A stretch of 25,867 nucleotides of DNA from Seison nebaliae (Eukaryota): assembly GCA_023231475.1 (NCBI GenBank), contig JALJEE010001725.1, positions 62,001 to 87,867 of the forward strand. The letters are read 5' to 3'. The notes beneath the pieces are model-generated. The model saw only the letters and a list, made by a program, of their open reading frames with translations, had not been told where the DNA came from and made no database searches. A program made the translations under genes and the position numbers. This document shows, one piece after another, positions 10,223 to 22,900 of this stretch (position 1 is the first letter of the stretch; each line of letters opens with the position of its first letter).

Positions 10223-12379
10223 ATGACGCAAGATGAACATGAATCAAAAGTAGTGAATCCAAAACGTTTTTCAATCGTTTACAAACCATCGCCGTCATCG
10301 TCACCACCAGCGAAATGTACAGAAAACGATTATCCATTGACACAGGCGAGAGTACTTCAAGATTTAGATGAGAAGGAGCATCGATTACGGCGGGAAGATC
10401 CACGCACCAAACGTGCACAATGGTCGAATCAACTCGATTTTTTCATATCACTTGTCGGTTTTGGAGTGGGAATTGGAAATGTTTGGCGATTTCCATATCT
10501 TTGTTATAAAGGTGGTGGTGGTGCATTCTTAATCGCTTATATGGTCGCCGTCGTTTTATTAGGATTACCGATCTTCTTTCTCGAAGTATCCATCGGACAA
10601 TGGATGAGTCGAGCAGGATTGGAAGCATGGAATATCGTTCCATTAGCAAGAGGAATCGGATTGACGACGACAGTTGTCGTTGCGTATCTTTCACTTTATT
10701 ACAATGTAATTGTGGCATGGGCAATCAGATATTTAGTAGTTTCATTTGCAAAAGTTCTTCCATGGAAAGAATGTGGTAATCATTGGAATACTCCATGTTG
10801 TGTCTTTCATGATTATCAGAATAATCGAACATTCTTTCAAGGCGGTCAATATCCGTATACACCAGCTCAAAAGATGTTGGCAATGTTGAGCGCAACGACA
10901 AATATAACGACTAATTGTACAGAATTTCCCAATCCAGTTAACGAATATTGGGACCGGAATGTGCTCCATATTTCAAAAGGAATTGAAGATATTGGAATTA
11001 TTCGATGGGATCTCGCTATCTGTCTCTTTGTCGCTTGGGTGCTCGTTTATATTTGTATTTTCAAAGGAATTCATACGAGTGGAAAAGTCATGTATTTCAC
11101 CGCCACTTTACCATATGTTTTCCTCTTCATTCTTCTCATTCGTGGATCGCTTTTACCTGGCGCATCCAAAGGAATCATATATTATCTCAAACCAAATATG
11201 ACACGTCTAGCTGAACCGGAAGTATGGGTAGATGCGGGAACTCAAGTATTCTTCTCTTATTCACTCGCACTTGGAGCATTAATTGCTCTTGGATCTTATA
11301 ATAATTTCCATCATAATTCAGCAAAAGATTGTGTCATTTTTGCATTCATCAACAGCGGAACGAGTGTTCTCGCTGGTTTCGTTATTTTCAGCGTTTTGGG
11401 CAACATGTCAGAAGTGACGGGAATCGATATCGAGAAAGTAGCGGAAAAAGGACCTGGTTTGGCATTCATTGCTTATCCACAGGCACTTCTCCATTTACCA
11501 TTTTCTCCTCTTTGGTCTTGTTTCTTCTTCATTACTCTCATCATGTTGGGTCTTGATACCCAATTCGTTCAAGTTCAAAGTTTATGGCAATCAATAGCTG
11601 ATCATTATCCTCAACATTTCGCCGTCGACAAACGAAAGAAAGGAATTCTTTTAATTGTCGTTTGTTTCATCGAATTCCTTCTCGGATTATTTTGTGTGAC
11701 GGAAAATGGTGCATATTTCTTACAACTTCTTGATTATTTTTCTGGATCAAGAATCATTTTACTTGTGGCTGCTATCGAAGCCATCACTATCTCTTACATT
11801 TATGGAATACATCGTTATTTTGACAATTTAAACGTCATGCTCAAATATCGTTTTCCTAATTTCTTAAAAATATTTCCCGCTTTTCTTACTCCTGGTTATG
11901 CGATTGCCATTTTCGCTCTCACTTTCAATTCGTCAAAAAAAATGAAATATAATAAAACTTACGAATATCCCACATGGTCCATCATCATGGGTTGGTGTAT
12001 CGCCCTTAGTTCAATCGTCTTAACATTCATTTATGCATTTTATATGTTACTCAAAACATCGGGAACATTCAAAGAACGATGGAGAAGATTAACATTTTAT
12101 GAATTACTTCCACATCAATTCGAAGCTATCGATGAAAGTGTTTATGATCATTGTTTGAAAGGACATGCTTCTCAATTACGAATAGCTCATGAAGAAGAAA
12201 GACAATCTCAATTACTTCTCTCCGAAACGAATACCAACACTCAATCTATGATTAGTATGAAACAATATGATTATGATTCTGATGAGAAGCGATCACTCGA
12301 TTCGAACAACAGTAACGATCCTCATCTTAATGGTCATGAAAACGGAAGAGATCATCGAAGAAATCAGAAATTCTTTTGA
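10223..12379 (+). CDS. SLC6 sodium/chloride-dependent transporter, GABA/taurine/creatine subfamily-like, intronless
   Basis: RAQWSNQLDFF..GFGVGIGNVWRFPYLCYKGGGGAFL, GLPIFFLE, C-x8-C in EL2, SGKVMYFTATLPY, WVDAGTQVFFSY..LIALGSYN, GPGLAFIAYPQAL, GLDTQF. TM1 has Gly rather than the monoamine-transporter Asp. ATG at 10223. Confidence 0.95.
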   Translation: MTQDEHESKVVNPKRFSIVYKPSPSSSPPAKCTENDYPLTQARVLQDLDEKEHRLRREDPRTKRAQWSNQLDFFISLVGFGVGIGNVWRFPYLCYKGGGGAFLIAYMVAVVLLGLPIFFLEVSIGQWMSRAGLEAWNIVPLARGIGLTTTVVVAYLSLYYNVIVAWAIRYLVVSFAKVLPWKECGNHWNTPCCVFHDYQNNRTFFQGGQYPYTPAQKMLAMLSATTNITTNCTEFPNPVNEYWDRNVLHISKGIEDIGIIRWDLAICLFVAWVLVYICIFKGIHTSGKVMYFTATLPYVFLFILLIRGSLLPGASKGIIYYLKPNMTRLAEPEVWVDAGTQVFFSYSLALGALIALGSYNNFHHNSAKDCVIFAFINSGTSVLAGFVIFSVLGNMSEVTGIDIEKVAEKGPGLAFIAYPQALLHLPFSPLWSCFFFITLIMLGLDTQFVQVQSLWQSIADHYPQHFAVDKRKKGILLIVVCFIEFLLGLFCVTENGAYFLQLLDYFSGSRIILLVAAIEAITISYIYGIHRYFDNLNVMLKYRFPNFLKIFPAFLTPGYAIAIFALTFNSSKKMKYNKTYEYPTWSIIMGWCIALSSIVLTFIYAFYMLLKTSGTFKERWRRLTFYELLPHQFEAIDESVYDHCLKGHASQLRIAHEEERQSQLLLSETNTNTQSMISMKQYDYDSDEKRSLDSNNSNDPHLNGHENGRDHRRNQKFF

Positions 12380-13436
12380 AGAAAATATATCGGAACTGAT
12401 GAAATGATAGAAAATAAAGCGATCCATTAACGAACAACAACACGATCCAATCATCAGAAATAATTTGATTTTTTTTTTAGAAGAAGGTCCTTGTAAATTC
12501 CAATTTTGTGGAACGTCACACACACAGACATCTTCAACTCTCCATCATTGACAGGAAATCCATAATGACAATGTGTCAGTCATTGATTGTATAAAAATTG
12601 AATTGGAAAAATATTAATAAAAAATTATCGTTTCTATTTTTTAAATCTTTCGAAATCAATCCTAATAGTCGTAGTGGAAATGAAATTAAAGTAGTTAATT
12701 TAGTATAAAAGTATTGTATGGATAAAAAAAAAATCAAATATTTTTATTTTTTCAAAATAATTCCATCCAAATCTCATCTTAATATCTCACACATTCAACA
12801 ACCTTTTTTTCTTCTTTCTTTTCTAATCATTTTTTTTTCTTTTCCATTCATTTTTCCGCCTTCCTTTCTTTTATCAAATTTTCTTTCTTTCTCGATTGTT
12901 TCGGAAAAAACACTTTTAATCTTTTTTTATATGATTCTTCCATTTTATCTAGAGAATGAGTACTTATATATGCGTTCAAATATCGGTTGTTTAATTTTAA
13001 TGTTATTCTTATTTTCCATTCCCTTCCCTTCAATTCCTATCGTTGTCGTTAAAATGAAATTTCTTTTTTCTTCATTTAATAAAATTTAAATTCAGAAATT
13101 TTAAATTACCCAAAAAAAAAACAACTTGAAAATTTAATTTATAATTTTATTAAAATAAATGATAATTATAATATAAATTAAAATATTATATTGTTGGAAT
13201 AATAAGCGAAAAATTTAGAATTTACAATTAAGAATTTGAATTTGAATTTGATAAATAAATAAAATTTGGTAAAAGCTTAAAATTCAAATTTTATAAAAAT
13301 GTAATTTTTCGGAATGAGAATATTTAACAAAACTGAAAAAAAATTGAAATATGTGCGTGCTCTTCTCGAACAACAACAGTAGATTTCTTATTAGTTCAAA
13401 CATTGTATATTGTATACAATAGAAAAGATAGAAATC

Positions 13437-14033
<597 letters not shown>

Positions 14034-14092
14034 ATGAACAATCATCTCATCATAATCTTAATAGATTTTTATTAAAAGAAAAATGAAAATTT

Positions 14093-16129
14093 TCAAATAC
14101 ATTTTCTTCTTTGACATGTTCTCTGAGAATAACACGAGATTTTTGGACACCATTTCGGACATTTACAAACATTCGATTCACATTTGCTCAGACATTTCGT
14201 CTTCAACAAATAATAAAAGAGTAGTAACAATAGGAAAAGGATAGAGATGATTCCCATCATTTTAATATAAGACCAAAAATCTTTTTTATCGCGATTTCTA
14301 TGCTGGTTTTTATCTTGATCTCCATGTTGGTTTTTATCACGATTTCCAAATCGGTTCCAATCTCCATTTCTATGTCCCTTTTTACCTTTTTCATTTATTC
14401 CTCGTTTTTTTATTGATGATTTTTGATTGTGAGCACCGTTGTTTCTTAATGTTGTGGTTTGAGAAGGTAGATCTTTGAAATTTGATGACGGTAATGGTTG
14501 ACATGGTGATAGACAGAAAGATTTACATGGATCAGGACACGGGTATAATGGCGGACATGATGGTTTACATATCGGTTTAGATGTTGGTGGACAGAGTGGT
14601 ACACACGATGACTTACATGGCGGTTTGCATGGTGGTGGACAAGGTGATCGGTAAGGAGGTGGACATGCTGGTTTATATGGTGGTGGACAGAGTGGTTTGT
14701 ATAGTGGTGCACATGGTGACGTACACGGAGTTGAACATTGTGATTTACATATTGGTTTACACGGGGGTGGACAAGGTGGTCTGCATGATGGTGGAGATGG
14801 TGATTCGCAGCATGGTGGACATGGTGATTCACAGGGAGGTGGACATGGTGGTCGGTATGGCGGAGGACATGGTGATTTACATATTGGTTTACATGGCGGA
14901 GGACAGGGCGATTTACATACTGGTTTACATGGTGGAGGACAGGGTGATTTACAGGGAGGTGGACATGGTAATTTACAGGGTGACTTACAGGGTGATTTAC
15001 AGGGTGATTTACAGGGTGGTTTGCACGGTGGTTGACATGGAGGAGGACAAGGTAACTTGCATGGTGATGGACATTTTGATCGGTATGGAGGTGGACAGGG
15101 AGAAGAAATGTCTATAACCTCGCAACATTCCTTCGGCTTAATACACGAATCCATCGGACATCTTATATAATTCTGTAGACACATATCAGTACAAGTATTA
15201 GCGCAATTATTCAAATTTTCTCGAATGGCTTTCAATCGCATTTGTCTTTTATCTTCTTCCGATATTCCACAATAATCAGATGAGTTAACTATGATAATGT
15301 TTTCATGGAAAAATTGTTTGAGTTTAACTCGAATACCAGTTTCGTTCCGTTCACAAGGAAATGAGAAGCAGTAACATCCCGTTGTATGACAAGTAGATAC
15401 GCATTGACAATTACTTATTGAAGTACAACATTTTATACGAGGACATGGATCACAACATGATTTGCGACAATTATATGGAAAACATCGGATACAGGAAGGT
15501 TTAGCGCAAGCACACATATTCCGATTGCGATAAACACATGAACTCCGACCGTTATTATTACACGGATTACAGTTTCGTTTCAAAATCGGTTTCACACATC
15601 TATCATCACTCTTGCAACATTCATCTTGTTCATTGCATTGAGGAGTGGCACAATTCTGAAAGAGTGTAGGCAAATCATTTAACATATCTAATGTCTCTAA
15701 AATTTCCTTAAGGAAATAATTGACTTCATAGAGATATGTCCGTTTTTTTCGATCACAGAAGAATAATTGCATTCTCCTCAATATAGTTAATATTCTCGTT
15801 AAGAAATCGATTATTCTCGTACCGTTATGATTTGTCGATACATGATATATAAGAATGTGCATATATCGTTCGATATTCACTATTGGAATTAATGGGATAG
15901 TGACTTCAGCTCCTGGATGTAGTTCGATGTTATTAATCCTATTGAACAGTACTTCGATCAAACTAGATAACTTACAAAATTGAAGTAAGCAATTCTCTAA
16001 GTTTAGTAGTTGTCCATGCTTCACTCTCACTATACGAACAATGTCCGCCACTAAATAATAGGTAGTATTCGCTATCTGATGCAACCATTCATTCTCCACC
16101 GTATTATATTCGCTATCGCTGATAAACAT
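14093..16129 (-). CDS. Unknown Cys/Pro-rich repeat protein with a C-terminal transmembrane helix (intronless ORF, 678 aa)
   Basis: Long ORF in AT-rich DNA: non-repetitive N-terminal ~160 aa, Cys-rich region, ~200 aa of PCPPPCKP/CKSP repeats, basic linker, TM (MMGIISILFLLLLLFYYLL), Cys-rich tail. Confidence 0.85.
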   Translation of the reverse strand: MFISDSEYNTVENEWLHQIANTTYYLVADIVRIVRVKHGQLLNLENCLLQFCKLSSLIEVLFNRINNIELHPGAEVTIPLIPIVNIERYMHILIYHVSTNHNGTRIIDFLTRILTILRRMQLFFCDRKKRTYLYEVNYFLKEILETLDMLNDLPTLFQNCATPQCNEQDECCKSDDRCVKPILKRNCNPCNNNGRSSCVYRNRNMCACAKPSCIRCFPYNCRKSCCDPCPRIKCCTSISNCQCVSTCHTTGCYCFSFPCERNETGIRVKLKQFFHENIIIVNSSDYCGISEEDKRQMRLKAIRENLNNCANTCTDMCLQNYIRCPMDSCIKPKECCEVIDISSPCPPPYRSKCPSPCKLPCPPPCQPPCKPPCKSPCKSPCKSPCKLPCPPPCKSPCPPPCKPVCKSPCPPPCKPICKSPCPPPYRPPCPPPCESPCPPCCESPSPPSCRPPCPPPCKPICKSQCSTPCTSPCAPLYKPLCPPPYKPACPPPYRSPCPPPCKPPCKSSCVPLCPPTSKPICKPSCPPLYPCPDPCKSFCLSPCQPLPSSNFKDLPSQTTTLRNNGAHNQKSSIKKRGINEKGKKGHRNGDWNRFGNRDKNQHGDQDKNQHRNRDKKDFWSYIKMMGIISILFLLLLLFYYLLKTKCLSKCESNVCKCPKWCPKISCYSQRTCQRRKCI
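14490..15105 (-). repeat. Coding tandem repeats built on a 12-bp/4-aa unit (CPPP, CKSP, CKPx)
   Basis: For example ACAGGGTGATTT tandem copies around 14974-15020 on the + strand, and higher-order 36-bp CPPPCKP(V/I)CKSP units. Confidence 0.9.
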
Positions 16130-16304
16130 AAGAGTAAAAATGAAAATTAAAATTATACTGAAATTATAGTTGGAGCAAGTTCCATTCTCCTTCTCCTCTC
16201 ATATATATATAGTTCTCTCATTCCATTAATTTCCCAATTCCCTTCAAAATTATTCCTCTCAAATAAAATATTCAAATTTTAGGCTTAATTTAAAAATTTC
16301 AATT

Positions 16305-17541
16305 ATGGTCATTATCTCAAAAGGTGCGAAAATTGTAGATCATTTATCTGAGGTTACGGGAAGATGCATACATCCTAATGGTCGTTTACAATTAGTATCA
16401 TCAGGAATATCTTCCTTCGACGATATATTAAGTTATTTTTCTCAAATTATTTCCAACATATTCTCTTATTTTGGATAGATGGTGGATTTGCAATCGGTTC
16501 AACCATCGGAATCAGTTAAATAATCTCATTTTCATTCAATTCAAACTCGTCTTTAGTAAACGATCAATATGACATTTATTCAAGACGCATTCTAAAGTAT
16601 TTTATGGCTGAAGGTATACGACAATCTCATAATATAATTCACATATCATTCTCGGATGAAGATACCAAAAAAGTTTTATCTTTTATACAAATCGGACTTT
16701 TTTCTAATTTTTATCTTTTTCAAATTAGATTCCAAAACTTTTTAAAAATCTCAACAACAACAGTAATAAACAGTCTCAAAATGTACAAGGGTATTTGAAA
16801 AATTTGAAAAATAAGAATAATTCGTTGATAAATCTTAAAAAGACAAATGATAAAAAGGAAGAGGAACTTTTCAATTTCGATGATATCCTTCTGCTCGATC
16901 ACTATGAGAAATATCATGAAATTCGATTATTGGACGATGTGAAAATGTCTCTCACCTTTTTTTTTTCGAAATTAATTTTAATCTGAAATCTCAGAAAGAA
17001 TTATGAGAATGTTCTAGATGAATTGGAGTCGTTATTGAAGGAACTCAATTGTGGATTTATAAAGGGAACAATGAAGAAAGGAAGAAAACGAGAGTTTGTT
17101 CGAATTGTTGTTGATGATATTTTTGGAGATGTGCGAGGTAGAGATAAATTTGGGAAAGAGAATTCGGAGAAGTTCCTTCTCCGATTATCTGGTGTCATTT
17201 CAAATGTATTAGCAGTGGGTTGGATAAGATTGAATGAGAAAATGCAATTTATCGATTATCTCTTCCAAATGGAATCGATTGATGAGAAGAAAAATTTTGA
17301 TGGAATCATCTTTTCCATTCAGTCGCCTCGTCTCCAATCCATCAATTCAGTTAGTGAGATAATTGATAATGATCGATGTCAATTTGTTTTCAAAAATAAA
17401 AAGAATCGATTTTTGATTGAAGTTCAACATCATTTCTCCACTTCATATGTTCAATTCGTTTCATTTTAGAGATATCGCTTACAGCCAAATGTAGATGATG
17501 GTGAAGGAGAAAAGATTTCAGAAACGTTGAATGAATTTTGA
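16305..17541 (+). CDS. ELP4: Elongator complex protein 4; exons 16305-16431, 16479-16514, 16557-16672, 16729-~16938/16946, ~16995/16999-17421, 17470-17541
   Basis: Spliced N-terminus GRLQLVSSGISSFDDILNGGFAIGSTIGIINDQYDIYSRRILKYFMAEGI and C-terminus FVFKNKKNRFLIERYRLQP..LNEF* match ELP4. Intron 4 has two frame-compatible boundary options. Confidence 0.88.
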
Positions 17542-19182
17542 ATGGAAAATAATTTTTTTATTTTTTTTACGAATGTTTCTTCGCAAAACGAAAAAAAGAT
17601 CAATAATAATAATACTTCAGTAAATAAGATGATGGGAGGACAGAAAGAAAGAGAAAGAGAGTGGAGAATGAATGAAAATTGCTCTTGAATGAATTAGCGA
17701 GTGTATGATATGGGAAAGGGAAGAGATTCATTTCCTCTCCTTTCTCCATTACATTTACTAATGGATTGTTCTGATAATTTCATTTTCATTCTCTCCCGTC
17801 TTGTTCCTCTGTTGGAAAGAGAAAAATGGAAGAGGAGAAACATGTACATGTCATATCGGGAAAATGTTAATTAAGAAATATGACGCCATGAAATGATAAG
17901 CTTAAAATTTGAGATTAAATTGGGAGAATTTTGGGAATGAAATTGTTGTGTGGAAATAAAATGGGAAATATGATGAACTTTCATCTATGTTCTGCATGCT
18001 ACATGAGCCACAGATTATTCTATCAAGCATTTTTATTTTATTCGTAACAAATGAATGAAAAACATAATAGTGAATGAGAATTGAATGAGTGAATGAGGAG
18101 CATGTACGTTTGATAAGCCGTTTTTCTTCCTTTCGTTCCTTCCATTCCTATCGTATTATTACAATGTAATGTAATTAGAGAAGTCCAAATGTTCATTGCG
18201 CACAGGTTCACATACAACCGAATGTACATAAAAGTAAACGAGTAAAAATCTCATGAGAACCCATAAAAATTTACACATACACTTACATAAAGACACGTAC
18301 GGTTCGATTAAAAAGTAAAATACACGTACAACTCAACATTCAGTTACGTACATCTCCATGTGTGTATGTAGTGGACTTATATATGGGATGTGCTTGTTTC
18401 GGATAAGAAGATTCATTTCGAATTAAACTTTTCTCCATTCAGAGCCTTTTGCTTGTTTGGTAACCTATTGTCATTTCCTCACATAAACATGTAACATATA
18501 AAAAAAAAGAAACTTTCTTATCATTTCCCAAAAATTTCTACATCTCCATTACATCTGCTGAATGAAAATGGAATGATTATTCTGAATGAATTCTCAATTA
18601 CATAAATCTTCTCCGAAAAACATAGTCAAATGTGTCGTTCAATCTCGGTTCATGTTATCTTGCCGAAACGAAACTTTCGTCGTCATCGACAATTGATATA
18701 CAATGATACATGTACGTGATTGGACGATGAATTCGACTATCTATCATCATCTCAATAAGTAAAATCTTTATTTTCATGGTAATTTGAAGATGTCAAATTC
18801 TTCCTCTTCTATTCAAAAAGGAGCTTGATGAGAGAAGAAAAACAAAATTTTCATTTATTTACCAAATCACCAACCTTCGACATTACAAATTCGTCTCATA
18901 ATTTCTCTTCATTTAATCACTTCATTCGACACATGACGAGAGGTTGTGGTGTCGAAGACACACAAGACAACATTGTCGCTCGCCCATTTCTAGACGACAT
19001 CCATTTTCTTCTCATATAATCACTTCTCAAATTCTCGTCTTAATCCCAGAAAATTTTATTGAAATTTATTTTCAACAATTTTTATTGTTTTCTCACAAAA
19101 TTCTCCACTCCTTCCACTCCTTCTGCCCACTTTAATCTCACTCCTTAAAATCATATTTCTAAGAACTTTAAACTTTTTGAAG

Positions 19183-19741
19183 ATGTCGAGTCAGATGGCG
19201 AAGAGGAAAACGACAAAGAAGCGAGCTCAACGCGCAACGTCTAACGTATTCGCGATGTTCGACCAAGCACAAATTCAAGAGTTTAAGGAAGCGTTCAATA
19301 TGATTGATCAGGATCGTGATGGATTGATAAGTAAAGAGGATTTGCGTGACATGCTCGCCTCGTTAGGCAAAGAAGTGTCTGACGAATATTTAGAGGAGAT
19401 GATAGCGGAAGCAAAAGGCAGTATTAATTTTACGATGTTTCTCACTCTCTTTGGAGAGAAGTTGAATGGAACTGATCCAGAAGAAGTCATTCGAAATGCT
19501 TTCCAAGTTTTAATTCAAATCTTCTTTTTCTATTTTTCTTTTTAATTTTTAGTGTTTCGATGATGATAATTCGGGAAAGATCAATGAGGAACGTCTCAAA
19601 GAGTTATTATTGACAACGGGCGATTATTATACGGAAAACGAAGTGGAACAATTGTTCCATGAAGCACCGATTAAGGACGGCTGGTTCGATTATAACGAAT
19701 TCACTAGAATAATTAAACACGGCAAGAAAGACGACGAATAA
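19183..19741 (+). CDS. MYL12: Non-muscle/smooth-type myosin II regulatory light chain (sqh/MYL12-like); exons 19183-19506, 19553-19741
   Basis: [63 protein letters not shown], then [32 protein letters not shown] after a 46-nt phase-0 intron. Confidence 0.97.
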
Positions 19742-19916
19742 AATTTTTTCAAAAAATAATTAATTTTTTTTTTCATTTTCATCATTATTGATCGATAACT
19801 TACATTAGTTTGATTTCCCATTCCAATAATTATAATAATAAACACATCTCTCAATTCCAAAGAACATTTGACAACAAATAAAAAATCGTCGTCACTCACA
19901 TCTCGAGAGATCTTCT

Positions 19917-22900
19917 TTAAATTTTTATCTGTCGAATCTTCGGACGACTTACATGGGTTACTCTACTGTCTCCACAACTCTGAGGACACGAACTCTCGTT
20001 GTTAAAAGTTAAACGTGCATATGTGTTTGTGCATATCTTCCGTCCCAATTTCATTCCATCACTCATCGATCGAACAAATTCATTATCTTTAAATGGAATC
20101 ATAGGATATTTATATATATGATTGGTGTAAGAATAAGGAAGATATCGTCTCAAATTTGAACAAGAAGAAAATTTGTTCAATTTTGAATTGGATGAATCAT
20201 CATCATAATAATATCTTCCCACATTGGAAGAACATGAAAAATATTGATATTTCTCCATATGGGAAATTGACGAATCGTTACAACAATATTTCTCAATATT
20301 TGATGGTGAAGAATTCTGATAATATTTTTCAATATTTGATGGTGAAGAATTCTGATAATAATTCACAATATTTGATGGTGAAGAATTTTGGTAAGATTTT
20401 TCCATGATCGAAGTGGAAGAGGAATATTTTTGAGATTTTCCCATATTCCAACTGGAGGAATTCTGATGGTTTTTCATCGTTTGATCATCAAACGATTTTT
20501 CATATGGTGTCCTGTCGTCGGGAAGAGTAGAATCGATGTATGAGGTCCTTAAATAATTCGTGTCAATGGATGATGACTTATCACCAATTCCATCATTTGT
20601 AAACGATTTTAAATGATTCGTAATATCAACGAATGATTTTCCAATATAATCCGATCGAACATTTTGACCATTATCATTACTAAATGATAATTTCCGAGAG
20701 TGTTGAAGAGGAGAAATTAATTTGGAACGATTTTCATAATGAGAAAATGATTTGTGATTATTACTCTCGTACACAATCGATCGATCTTCCATGAAATTAG
20801 GTAAACATTTCTGATGATTCATATTAGATGTCTGTTGATGACAAATTGATGATTTTAGTTTATCGGATGAATTTGAACAATATTTATTTTCAGTAGATTC
20901 TTCATATTTTAAATCAATTCTGTTCCCTTCATTTGAAGAGGATTTGAGAAGTTTACAAGTAAAATTACATGTCCCATTAATTCCATAAAGATACGATTTC
21001 TCCTCATTCAACTCCTTCTTCTTTCCATTAGTCACATAATAAGATGATAATTTCTCATTTGCTTCTGGTGATAAGTTGGTGAATTTAGAAGGAATATTTT
21101 CACTATTCCCATCATATGAATTTATTGTTCGCCGATTATTATCATACATTAATATCCGCTTATAACCTGGTTCTATCTCAACTAACTGATCATGCTTCTC
21201 TTCGTCAATTGACGGTTTTTTATTAACGTATTGTAACCCGTTAAAATTATTCGGATGATTCTTTTTCGTTTTGTTTATAGATTTTGGACTTTTCATTGAT
21301 GATTTTTGAGATTTGATTGAAGAATTTGGAGATTTTCCACATTTTGAAGTGTTCCCTGTTGATTTTGGACTTTTCAATGGTGATTTTGGAGATTTGGTTG
21401 AGGATTTTCCAGATTTCATTGAATCTTCTCGTAATTTCGTTGAAGAGTTTCGGGAATTGGTGGATGATTTTGAAGATTTTTGATTTGATGTAAAATTGGG
21501 TGGAAATAATTTGGAAGTTTCATTCGTATTACTCGAAGTAGGCGGATTTTGACTTGTGTTTTTCATTGAATTGCTCGTTTTCGTACTATTTGGAGATGAT
21601 GGTCCAGAAGATTTTTTAACGGTTTTACCTAAGAATATATTCTTACCCAAATCGAATTCGTCTATGGAACATGGTCGACATCGAGAATCGGAAGCACTGC
21701 TTTTCTTCAAATGTTTACTTAAACCATGCTTCTCAATATATTGTGCGTAAGTTAAACGACTTTTTTCCAATTGTTTCTCACAACAAAAATGAGAGAGAGA
21801 TCTTCTCTTTGCTCTTTTATCCTTTTGAGATGATGTTGGTAAATATCGTTCGACGCTTGATATCGATGGTTTGGAAAGGTTTTTGATATCATTAAAAAAA
21901 TCTTCGTGACTTTTAGATACCTCACAAGATGATGATGGACTAATCAAATATCTTTCCACACTGGAGATTGTTGGTCTTAAGGGATTTCCAATATTATAAT
22001 CGATCAATCGTCTCTTGGAATTTCCATTATCTTTGGACGATTGTTTCTTTCCTTTTCTCATTTTCGACATAGGAACTTTTTTCGAAATCATTTTCCGTTT
22101 TGATGGAAGTTGATTTTTCATGGAAATCTTCTTCGCAGTTTCCCGACGAATCGGTTTGGTTCGATGAATTGGTTTCGAACTATCAGTTGTTTGTCTTGTC
22201 GAATTATATGTCGTCCGTTTGGATCGATCTTTATTATCAGTTCGATAACTCTGAGATTTGTGTGAATGAAATTTTTGTAATTTTGGTGAAGTTTTCTTTT
22301 GGAAGGATTTAATATCGGTTGTAGACCATCCTCTTTTTCTATAAGGATTTCTAATCGGATTTTCAATTTGAGATTTTTGATCTTTGGAGATGGTTTTCTT
22401 TGATGATGGTAGAGTGGACGGATTAATTTTCTTTCCTTCCACATCAGATTCATTGAATGATTGTAGAATTGGTGGCGATGAAGGAGCATGAGAAGAATTT
22501 GTTGAGTTTTCATCTTCGGAAAACGGTGCAATACGACAACTGGAAGGTTCGATTGAATAATATGCGTCAATAGATGGACAGGGACATTGGGTGAAACTGT
22601 AACCATCAGAAATGGGAGAATCTGGAGAAAATGTTACACAGTGACACGTTTGAGATTTTTTATAATTTGATTTTGCTTCACTACTTTCTTTGTTGCACGT
22701 GAGTTCTTTGAAAACTGTGGAAGATTGTTTCGTATCATTCATTTTATCTTTATCAGATTCCGATATTGTTATCTTCTTTTTACGTTTAGATGATAATGAA
22801 GATTCATTCAACATTTTAGAAGGTGGAGATGATTCATTCAATTTCTCATTTTGTGGATATGGTGATGATTCATTAAATGCTTGATATGATGGTGATGGTG

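Noticed and set aside
12562..12590. Small hairpin with ATGA..GA downstream of the SLC6 TGA stop (SECIS-like)
   Set aside because: Stem and loop geometry do not fit a SECIS, and the TGA sits at a normal C-terminus.
12718..13089. 123-aa Phe-rich ORF and antisense Lys-rich ORF
   Set aside because: Both come from polypyrimidine low-complexity sequence; no consistent gene model.
14446..15117. His/Val/Gly-rich ORFs 14446-14832, 14581-15117 and 14697-15035
   Set aside because: Alternative-frame and antisense shadows of the stop-poor Cys/Pro repeat.
20285..20400. 36-bp periodic repeat superficially like a CRISPR array
   Set aside because: Tandem in-frame coding repeat with no unique spacers and no cas genes, in eukaryotic DNA.
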